Below are positions 53,527 to 64,000 of a stretch of 64,000 nt of DNA, piece after piece. The position numbers were made by a program, and so were the translations under genes. The notes beneath the pieces are model-generated. The model saw only the letters and a program-made list of their open reading frames with translations, was not told the DNA's origin and made no database searches. The DNA is from Botryllus schlosseri (Eukaryota): positions 2,976,001 through 3,040,000 of the forward strand of contig CM119371.1 in assembly GCA_051294905.1 (NCBI GenBank), in the 5' to 3' direction. Each line of letters opens with the position of its first letter. The stretch's first letter is position 1.

Positions 53527-54185
53527 GTCTAAATCATACTTGGGCAACTATGTGTAGATAAAAATCAATTTTGATTCGCTTCAAATCAACTCATAAATAC
53601 GAAATCGTGCCGCAAATCATTGTACTTGTACAATGTCTAGAATTCAATTTACACATAAACAATACTTTCCAGGATTTTCTGTAAACATATGTTGGCGAGC
53701 AATCAATTCATTCGGAAGCCTTAAATCAAGCCATCGTTTTTCAGAAGAAGAACAGCTCATTGATTTACTGATTGCTGCTAGTTTTGAAACTCTGATTTCA
53801 CGAAAAGTTGAGGATGTCCCTTTCAAATCCTATTCCATGATGAGTGCAATCAAAATTTATTGTCCCCTTCACCTTAAAAGGTTTATTTGTATATATATCT
53901 GTTTCTTTCATTTTGACTAAAATAATAATCCGTAACCGAGATACACTGCTTGGAATACAACAATATGCAGGCATGTTATTCAACGATTAAACATCGTTTC
54001 AGTGCTATATATATCTGTATAAACAAGCATAGCCATCACATATGCCTATACACGTGAATCGATTTTTAAGCAACCGGAAATGTGTCACAATAATCCTAAA
54101 AACTTTGGTAATCACTGTATATATATAATCATTCCATATTATTAATATCGATCACACGAATAGCAGTAATTAAGGATATCCATAC

Positions 54186-54258
54186 CGGTAGCTCCGGTTG
54201 ACGACGATGAAGGCACATCAGTGATACCAGAATCTTCACATCGACGTCTTTCCGCCAT
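54186..54258 (-). other. candidate first coding exon (MAERRRCEDSGITDVPSSSSTGAT)
   Basis: atcATGG start context and G|GTATGG donor; no downstream partner exon found. Confidence 0.35.
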
Positions 54259-56143
54259 GATAACTATCACATAATATCAAATAGTTACCGCATCATAAAA
54301 TACTGATAATGCAAGAAAAGTAATTACGTTAAATCATGAACTCTATATGCACGATACGTTGAGACTCAAAAATTTGATAGGACTGATTCAAGTCAGCAAC
54401 TGCGAACGGTCACAAAGTCTCATTATCCAAGTGAAATTCGATTACCGTTCAGTAACAAATCACATCAAGTATGCAAGAAGCAAACAATTTAATATGTTCA
54501 TGTCATTTACCTGGAGTCCAACTCAAACCTAGCGATCCGTAATGTAACAGTCAACAAATAAGCTTCTAGTTCAGGATTAATATTCCAGTAAAATATAATA
54601 ATCCCTGGCATATCAGTTCCAGAACTAATAAAATAATAGAACGGAACTTCAAAACCTATTATTCTTAAAGCAACTACACTATCAGAGAACAAGGTTTAGA
54701 TCTGAAACTGTTTTAATTTGAAAGGGTATGATCCATGACTAGCAACCTGTCATTTCTCTTATGACTCTAAATACCACTCATGAATGTCAAGCCATACCGC
54801 AGCTGAAATAATTCAATCACTCCAAAGTGTAACTGCCTTACCAGCCTGTCTGACGTTGATCAATGTATTGGAATTCAGAAGGTTCTCGTTGAAACGAATC
54901 AGACCAAATCAGATTATTTATACCACTAAGAATCTGGTGTTCGGTGAGTATTTGACAACGTAGTTCAAAACCTTGCACTGCACAATGGGCTGCTTGATAA
55001 CGAATTTCACTATGCTATGATGAGTGACAATAACACAAGTGTGTCAAGTAGACGATTACAAAGGAGAGGGTAAGCATCCAATCAGATCAGTAAGTGTTCC
55101 TTACATGCAACACAATGGGGGTTCTCTCAGTTTACATTGAGTAGTTCACATCACGGTTATTGTTTGCTGATTAAAACAGTGTTTTTCACATTGCTGCATT
55201 TCTTGATTATCGTAATTTTCCGTGTATAATGCGCAAAATTTTACCGTATTATACATGGGTACAACGAGCCTTGAAAAAATCTCCCTCGATAAAAAAACTT
55301 GAAATCACACCTTCCTTCATGTTTTTTTTCAATCACGCATCACATTCGGCCATAGTGCCCAGCCCAGTAATTATTATTATTAGTGTAACGCGCTGCCAAT
55401 TAGTGAGAAGCGTGTTGCAAATTAACGAGAGTCGTTTTTACAGCACGCAATCTCCTGCTGAGTTAGTTTGCCGTTTGTAAGGAGCGAAATTAGGCCATTG
55501 ACTGCTGCACACGCGCGCGGCAATCATCGCCTCAACGACAGGCCTGAACAATCGCATGTGCGTGATTTAGTCGCATCTCCGACAGGCCTGGTGCGGTGGT
55601 GCGCACGACATAACCGTTGGCCTCGCAGGCTTTGGTTGCTATCTACTATCGTTAAGAGACGTTAATTGTATAATGATTAGCGATGGTTACATGGTTATGT
55701 CATAATTATTCAACAGTGACATTGCAAAACAGAATGACATCGAATACTAAAACACAATTCATGTACTGCGGATGCAGAGTGCGTACTGTACATTGGCATG
55801 GGCACAGGCTTTTCCCAGAATTTGCATGCCATTTTAAGGGTGCATATTATACATGGGGTTGTTCTATACTTGAAAAACTGTTGAACACCTTGTTGAAAGA
55901 ACGTTACTATTCGAATTTGCAGGCATATAAGTAACACCATTAAATTCGGCACTGCAATTAAAAATCGGATGGAATAAAATGGAACTTGTACGGGCGATAC
56001 AATTGATTTCAGAGAGTGTATTAGCTCGTCTAATCGGTAGAGCACAGAGAGCACTGGTTTCTATGCGCACATATGCTATTTTTAAAAAGGAGCTTTATCT
56101 GCACTGTCGTCGTTTCGAGTGATTACTAAGTAGTGATCTAGAT

Positions 56144-56912
56144 CAGTGGTTCTCAACCTTTTCGACCTCGCGGCACACTTCGAAAATTAAAAATAGTTTG
56201 CGGCACACTAGCACAGTGGTTCTAAACTCTTTTGGCTTACGGCACAGGCAAACTACCACCATGCGTATAGCAGCAACCATCGTTTTACAGTGGTGGTCAC
56301 TGACGATTGACGAAGTACTGCTACCTTTTCGGAGCACTCAAGTTGGCGTTTCTCTGCGTGAAATGCATCTACGAATGGTATCATTTGACATGGGAATCGT
56401 TTTCAATTCTTCCCAAACATTTTTCTACAATTTTATTGTGGGCCGGAAGAAGAGCTGTCTGCGTTTACGTGTGAGGTTTTGAATTATCAGCTATTACCTC
56501 TGTTACCACATAACTGGCCTGCTGAGATCTCGTTTAAACTTCAGGTTCAGCTTAATTTCATAAGATTGACTTGACAATAAAGTCTGCCCACTACCGCATT
56601 GTCGATGTAATTAACCATCGCATCGAAGAGTCCATCACGATCGCCACTAACAAATACAGAGGTGTTTATACAATATACATGGATGCCAAACGCATTTCCA
56701 CGTAGATCGTGTAATAGCACATGTGAGGATAGTGTACCTCAATAATCTTACTGGCAGCCACCCGCAGTTCACTTGTAGTTCCAACAAATCGGAATAATAA
56801 ACCTCAGCGGCGGGGAAATTTGTAACTGATATAATTTGATCAACTTTATGGTGAGAATGAGCAGTCCAATTAGCACACTAGTGTGCCGCGGCACACCGGT
56901 TGAGAACCACTG
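56144..56912. mobile_element. hAT MITE (CAGTGGTTCTCAACC TIR)
   Basis: 15-bp perfect TIRs; palindromic TSD ATCTAGAT. Confidence 0.93.
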
Positions 56913-59643
56913 ATCTAGATAGTCATACACAAACTAAACAGTCTTTCATCAGATCGGAAAAGGCTAAATAACTATAGAGACTAGAGGTCATATATTTTGA
57001 ATCGCACAATCGGCCAACAAGGTTTAGCTGATGATGATATTGTGGATGTGCCACAATGCCGCATACACACAATAATTGCATAATTGCATGATTGCAAGAT
57101 GAGTGTCAGGTGGCAAACCTTGCAAATACACGTGTAGCCTTCGGCACCTATGGGTCTTGACCCATTCTTCAAGAATCCCTGATCTAGCGGTACCTGTAGG
57201 TACATAACACAACAACATGAAGCTGTGCGGTTAACAAGTTCAATGTTTGTACCTGAGACGCTGTGCTATCCTTTAATTTATAGAGCTAGTAAAATGTAAG
57301 CTGAGCGATTGTCCCTACCAAACAATCGATGATGTATGCACAATAGGACTGGTCAATGATTAATTTTTTCTCTAATTTCACAGGCTCGGCCTACTTGATA
57401 AGCTGACACCAAATTTGGTACAATTGCAACCTGTAGCCGCATTGCTACAAGAGAAGAACGTTTTGGATTTATTATATGAAATATAAAATAAAAAACTAAT
57501 TTTTCTGTCAACAACATGAACCAAGTTATTGTGATATAACAATTTGGATTTGACAAAATAATAATTCTAATTCTAGGTCACCGTGAATACACTATTTTTT
57601 TTTAATCCATAATTTTTTCCTGCCTGGTGCAGACACCATCCCTGTGATCGCAATTGTAATCACCCGTTGATCAGTGGCTTTATTTAGTGAGCCTATACAT
57701 TGGGGTTGTTTAAAACTAACTTATTTTGTTTGATGAAATTGTCAGGTTGACTAAATGAATTCTGCAATCTGAATTCGGCTCAATTTCAACCTACAGAAAT
57801 ATTGCCATTATTAAAAAAAATCAAAAACATTTCAAATTTTACTAGGCTAGCCTACTTCATGAAATTGTTAGATTGTTGTAAAAACAAATCAGAGCAAAAG
57901 TTGGAAAAAAATCGACACAAAAACAACAAATCCAATTTATTTTTGATACTCAGCCTATGAATACTTTCTGGTTCCCTCAATTTTGGCAATAAGGCATAGT
58001 CGTTTGTGATATTGTTGACACAAAATGTCACTATAAATTTCATAGCGTACATCAGTCAAGTTGCTTGAAACTGATCCAACTAATAGGGTATATCTGTGGA
58101 AGTCGAACATGCACCAGAAAAATTTCGACATACCGGTGGGTATCCTCACATGTAGCAAGGCAAAGACGTTACAAAGAATGTCAAACATTCAAATATTATT
58201 AATGTAATAGCCATTAATACATTTTTAATACAAAATCCTACAAGTGTTGAGTTTAGTGGTTATCATGTTTGCAATAACAGTCAAGAAGGCATATAGGGGT
58301 GGTCAAACAATTTGTTGGAAAGCACTGTCTCCTCTAATTTCTCACGAGTGTGCGAGCACTCGTCAACTCACTGCACGGTCCCTTGGACAACAGTGCGTAA
58401 CTACTAAAAAAATGTCGTCACTTTGGATTTTATTTGCGCAGCGTAGATTTTTCTGTGTGCAGATACCGTGTCAGCACTGCACAATTGCCGCATGCGCGCA
58501 GCTTAGAGGGAACATTGTTGGAAAGCATTTTTAAACCAGCAATTCATCATGTTTCATGGCAACTGTGAATAAATCCAATGCCTTGTCTACAGAAAGTCAG
58601 CAACTATAACCAAATTACGATAAGAGCAATTTCGAGCTTCCGTGGAAGACCAATTCAATTTTCGTGTAGAAAAACGACAAATCCTACTATAGAAGAGGAC
58701 ACATCGTAGTACTATTTAAAACAGAAATATCATGTAGCCTTTACCGTCTGCTGTGTAACCTCGACAACAAACTAAACTTCATACCAGTAAATTCTGTCTA
58801 TGCTACTCCTATACCACTACCCTTGCGTCAGGAAGTCAGTCAGTCAGACTGTAGCGTCAGCGTGGGGAACGGGGATCAGCTCGTCGACTAAAGTATCATT
58901 CAGATCTTTACCTTAAGAGTCATTGAGAAATCTATGTACCTTTACTATCTTCTCTGCATGGTACCGCTATAGCTGGTGAAGTTGTAAGTACTTAAAACCA
59001 ACTTTTATAATTCGCACGGAGGACCACAGCTGATTAGTACATTTACCTAAAATATTTCTAACCACAACAAACCTAAATTGTCTTGTGCGGCAAGTGCGGT
59101 ACGATCGGCCATACTTTATCCACAATGCGATCAACAACAATATATTTTACCAGTCACAACATAGTGTCCCATTGGACAGTATAGTCACAATAGGTGGTAA
59201 TACACTAAAATTTCAGTCGTTACAAGTTTGATCGACACCCACGTGGGAACAGGGTTCAACTATCACCCAACTGTCCACATTCAAGTCGAAATACAAGCAA
59301 TTACTACTAAATAAATACAGTCCATCCTCAAAATTACCGGACCACGACTGACCTATCGATCTCGCTTCCCATGACATGCCGCCCTATTTCTTGTCGCATT
59401 CTTTTTCTATACTATCTTCTTTACCTTCATTCAGTGTGCATGCCTCCTCTTTACATCGTCTAGGCCAGAGGTCTCAAACACGCGGCCCGCCAAAGCATTT
59501 TGTGCGGCCCGCGACGACATTTTAGATTTTTATTAAATTTACAAAATAAAAGTGTCACATATATCCTTTCAGGTTATAAAGTGAAAATTCCCTCTTGAAT
59601 TGCTCCGAAAGCCTTAAAGTATTCATCGAACTTCACTATCACG

Positions 59644-60158
59644 TAGGGCTGGGCAAAATCGAGTACCTGAATGATTCGATTCTGAATCACGTAATATGCT
59701 TCTAGTCGAGTCGAGTAATCGAGTATCACTCATTATGACTTCATAACAGAATGTAATACGTCAAAGTTCAAATACGTACCGTTTATGCTACTACAAAGAA
59801 TATAATGCCTGTTATCCTTCTCATAAATGATACTTTGGTATTTTTCGACCACACCAATTTCATTCAACTTGGCGACAATGTTGTGGGCTGATCATGACTT
59901 TGAAAATGTGCTACGTCCAGTAACCTTCATAGCTTTGTAAGATATGTTTCGTATGCTACAATGCCGCCAATCAAGGTTTCAAGCCTCAACGGTGGATGAT
60001 AGTATCGAAACTATAATTCTAGTTGATAAATTAACTTTGATTGGCGATAAGCGTATAATTTCAGTACTCGAAAAAAACGTCTTTTGCTACTCGACTCGAA
60101 TCATTAAAATTATTACTCGATTCAGATTCGAGTACTCGAATCATTGTGCCCAGCCCTA
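59644..60158. mobile_element. hAT MITE (TAGGGCTGGGCA TIR)
   Basis: Full-length homolog of 30530-31063. Confidence 0.9.
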
Positions 60159-60574
60159 CAGTATCACGCCAATAGGCCTTTTGCAGGACTTCGATCACGT
60201 GACTAGATACGCATAGCAACAACAAATTGGGTAGCAAGCTACTTTTTCGTGCACCTGACTCAATGCTAAATATCGTGTAGTATATTGTTGATTTCTAGTT
60301 GTAAACGTTTCGGAAATTAGTCTTGGAAGTGCGCAGGGATTCAGATGTGTCGAATGTCAATGCTACGCAAAGGATTTAGAATAATTCCGTTAAAATAATT
60401 GATATTTTAATCGTTGTTTGGTACATACCCAACATTGATTTGATGACACAAAATTCGGCATTGAAGGAGACTGAGTGATATTTTTGCAGCAGTAAGATAG
60501 TTGTAGATAGTAGTTGTTGTTGCAGTAGTAGTTGTTAATTTTTGCAATATTTCGAATGACATCGATCGTGAGCT

Positions 60575-62421
60575 ATGGCGGTTGCATCAGCTTCAACCGG
60601 TAGAGGTAAGTACCAGTTTCTTATTCAGTTATATTTTTCAAAAATAATAATTTCATGCACCTAACAAGCTCAGTGCTTAGCCCAAGCTCAGTGGTCATTG
60701 CAATACTTCCTGGATTAGATGTCAGTGAACCATGATATTGCTTTATGTGTTTATAACCAGGTACGGTAGCCATATTTCATGTGGTTGTAAACATCGACTA
60801 CTGCAACCAATATAGTGCCATATGCACCAAATAGATGTAGCTTTCATATTCCAGATTTGTCAGCATTTCCCGATCTGACGTTTGGAGAAGTTGAAAGTTA
60901 CGCGAAGACAGCATCTGGGTGCGAACATACCGCCAAGGGTTACAAGTTCTTTGCGGAGCCTGGATATATACACAATGTTAAAGGTGTATTAAGTTCAGAG
61001 ATATTCATAAAATTATGACTACCTTTGCTCTTTTTCATTTGGCCAATTTATAATATTTAGATGTTTTTAATTCCTATATATTGCTGGTTTTTGATTATCA
61101 TCAATATTGCAGTATCACATGATGTTGACTCCGCCATTGTCACTGCTAAGTGTCACCACTCGATGAAGAAAAACGAGCATCCTCATCAGCTGCAAGTGAT
61201 GGTGCAACGAACTGGCCCGACAAAATCTATTTCTGGCAACTGCTCGTGCGCTGCAGGCCTAGGAGGCTACTGCAATCACGTAGTTGGATTGCTCTATTAC
61301 CTGGCACATTGCAAACAACTTGGGCTGCATAGCGTACCAGACTCCGCCACATGTACTGGAATGAAGGAGCGATGGAGTATTCCAAGGGAGCGGAAGATAG
61401 GCAATCAAGAAATTGGGGACGTACTAGTTAAGAAAATTCAACCTGGAGCCAACTACGATCGGTATATTAAATCAACTCTGTATTCGCCAGCCACCTATTA
61501 TCCAATTTTCAGTCAAAATTAATATGGCGATTTAAGTCCCAAGCCTCTTGCTGCAACACTAGCACCTGGATTAAATGATTCAATGGAAATGAAGCCTACT
61601 AAATTTGGTCATGCGGTGAAGGGCAGCGTGATTTCGTACCAACAAAAAATGTCAGCCGAATATCTGATTAATGACTACTCATGCACTGTCTTCCCAAATT
61701 TGCCCCTTCCCGATGCCGGTATCCGCTTCAACAATGCAATATCATTATGTCTTCAGCAGGATAAGCTCGCCGACTTATATGCAATGAGTCTATCTAGAGA
61801 AGTGGCCATAGATGTGGAGACAAAGACAAGAGCACAAAGTCATAGCAGTTATTGGACTCAGCTTCGCAAGTCGAGAATTACTGCCAGTAAATTTGGACTA
61901 GTTGCAAAGCGTCAAAGTAACTTTGAGACTCTTATCACGTACCTTAATCCATCACGCAGAGTTATTACAGGACCAATGCAGAGGGGGCTGAATTTATATA
62001 TGCTTCTAAAGCAAAAAAAGACAAAGTGAATCTTTACCCATCCGGCTTAATTATCAATCCAAAATGTCCCTGGTTGGGCTGCACACCTGACCGCAAGGTT
62101 TTTGATGGCACCGTTGAGCTACAAGGACTGAGTCCATTTGGTCTCTTGGAGATCAAAGTTGTTAAAGAAGGCGCTACCGACTTCAGGAATGTAGCTTACA
62201 TTTTAAAAGATGTAGATTCCAATCCGATCAGACTCAAAAGGACCCATGACTATTATTATCAAGTTCAGTGCCAATTAGCATTGAGTGGTCTTGACTGGTG
62301 CGAATTTTTTAGCTATGTGTATGACGAAACTTTTTTCATTGAGAGGATTATGTTTGATCCTGCATTTTTTCAAATTGCCAAGGATAATGTTGACAAATTT
62401 TTCTTCGACTATTTCTTGTGA
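60575..62421 (+). pseudogene. ISL2EU accessory gene: SWIM zinc finger plus YqaJ/lambda-exonuclease-like PD-(D/E)xK nuclease (exons 60575-60605, 60855-60983, 61113-62421)
   Basis: Phase 1-1 GT-AG introns. SWIM CSCAAGLGGYCNH; YqaJ motifs RITASKFG, LGCTPD, EIK, YYYQVQCQL. In-frame TAA at 61520-61522; frameshifting deletion near 61990 removes the expected G..E.E..A motif. Confidence 0.88.
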
Positions 62422-62556
62422 GCTGCATAATAGGCCTACCCAATGAATACAGAACAAAACTTAATAAATTCCATTTCTTTCCATGTTTATTCAAAAATTC
62501 AACGAATATAAGTACAATATTAAGCTCAACGAAAATGAAAGTAATTGTGAACAGAG

Positions 62557-63742
62557 CTAGTCATCCTGATGAATATTGTCGGCAGTGACAGCATCATCTA
62601 TCTCTTTAATTAATGGGCCTTGAAAATTGGTAAGCAAACAAGCCACTGTATAAAGTTGATTAACTGAACCAAGGGTGTTTAATGGTATATCTGAATCAAA
62701 AATGTGAAATTCCTTGATCCTTCTTATTGCTCGCTCAACGTGAATTCTAATTTTAGCAATGGCCTTTGTTTTCAAGATGTCATCTGGTGAAAACTGGTTC
62801 TGATGGCGGAGATAAGGAGGTAAATTCAGTGAAACATTCCTTTTGTTAAGCATAGATTGAATGTCAAACCCCTTATCTGCCATGACACTGTCATGAGGCT
62901 CAAGAAGCTCTAAAATTCCACTGCATCGTGTAATTTCCCTGTCTGATATGGAACCAGTATAAAGGCTCGATACGAATGTTATAGCTCCGTGGGGAGCAAT
63001 CCCAATCAAACCCTTCAGGGTTGTGTTCGACTTATAGGATGAATACATCTGTGATTGCAGTAACATTGATGAAGGGACCTGAACGTATAGCTCAGTGCAA
63101 TCAATAATGACTCTAGTTGATGGATAGAGCTCTTGGAAACTATGTGGCATAAGTTCATTAATGCGATCTCTTGTTGGCCAAATTGGCTGATTGCCTAACA
63201 AGTAATATAGAAAGTTGGCCCAAGTTACGATTTTTCTACTAACAGTAGACGTGTGGATGTTAAACCGCTGGGACAGGTCAAGTTCAAAAAGTCCAAGCCT
63301 TATCCGAACACAAAATAAAAATAGCTAATCTATCAACTGCAGCTTGCGCACGCCTGGTCTAGATTTGCCTACTCCAGAAGCATACACATATGTCATAGTG
63401 TCCGCTGTAGGTTTTACAAGCTCGAAAAATAGTGTAAAGTGCTCATATGTAGGGAAGCCTGTATAAAATTTGATCAAATGATTGTCTTTCGAGAAACGTT
63501 CCAAACTAAAACGACTAATTCTAAGACTAGTTTCGAGCTCTTGTATTTTTTCACTGGTTATAGTGGCTGCGTCTTTAAGATCACTAATCTCAGATTCCCT
63601 TTTCTCAACATCCCGCTGAGCAAGTTTAAGTTGCTGCAGTAAAGCAGTGTTCTCTTCCTTTACAGCCTCAAAATCTCTCTGCAGTTGAGACGACTGTTCT
63701 ATCGCTGCATTAGACTGCCCTGTTCGTATCCCATTGGAAGAG
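62557..63742 (-). pseudogene. DDE_Tnp_4 transposase main exon (coiled coil, HTH, DDE) with one nonsense codon
   Basis: ORFs 63325-63774 and 62557-63201 are in one frame, joined by D*LFLFCVRIRLGLFELDLSQRFNIHTSTVSRKIVTW (TAG at 63325-63327). Triad IIDCTE / MADKGF / HVERAI intact. Confidence 0.92.
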
Positions 63743-63913
63743 CTGTAGACACGAAAAAAATCGGTCAATGTCACTAATAATGTTTAGAGCTGAATTCTAA
63801 TCTAGCAATAGTATACTCTTTGACGTTTGAAGCTTCTACTTGCTTGAGATAATGCTAATATGTTAATTGTGCTTATTGCTCGCCTTGCTCACCTACAACC
63901 TAATTAGACCCAC

Positions 63914-64000
63914 CTCGGCCTGCCTCTAACAATCTTTCTCCTCGGATTAACTGGGGTTGACCATTTGAAGATAGATGGAACAGATTGCCTTTTTAGCCAG
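63914..64000 (-). CDS. transposase upstream exon: end of the THAP domain
   Basis: WLKRQSVPSIFKW (AVPTIF-type motif); AG|GTGGGT donor in phase 2 matches the tctacag| acceptor at 63743. Confidence 0.8.

Larger units (their letters stand above)
60172..64000. mobile_element. ISL2EU-type (PIF/Harbinger-ISL2EU-Spy, PHIS) DNA transposon; right end outside the window
   Basis: THAP-HTH-DDE_Tnp_4 transposase convergent with a SWIM+YqaJ ORF, the diagnostic ISL2EU architecture. Left end near atAGGCCTTTTGCAGG is tentative. Confidence 0.85.

Noticed and set aside
53940-53975. THAP-like start MPAYCCIPSS
   Set aside because: Too short, with no continuing THAP motifs.
61583-62421. Prophage or bacterial contamination (YqaJ recombinase)
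   Set aside because: The gene has spliceosomal introns and is paired with a THAP-DDE transposase, as in ISL2EU.

Overview
AT-rich eukaryotic DNA with short GT-AG introns and many transposons, most consistent with a marine invertebrate such as an ascidian (inference). Most short ORFs in the track are spurious. Four main blocks: (1) ~0.35-25 kb, a minus-strand multi-exon NLR-type immune gene (one large NACHT exon, one LRR exon, several degenerate LRR-like exons) whose introns are packed with nested hAT/MULE MITEs; (2) 25.6-32.2 kb, a 6.55-kb Foldback-type element with modular TIRs, a 9-bp TSD and nested hAT cargo; (3) ~37-51 kb, decayed intron-containing RRM exons, several clearly RBM28-like and one present in two diverged copies; (4) 60.2-64 kb, a nearly intact ISL2EU (PHIS superfamily) transposon with a THAP-HTH-DDE transposase convergent with a SWIM-YqaJ nuclease gene, truncated by the window edge. 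Exon boundaries, frames and TSDs were read by eye; protein family calls rest on motif recognition, not database searches.
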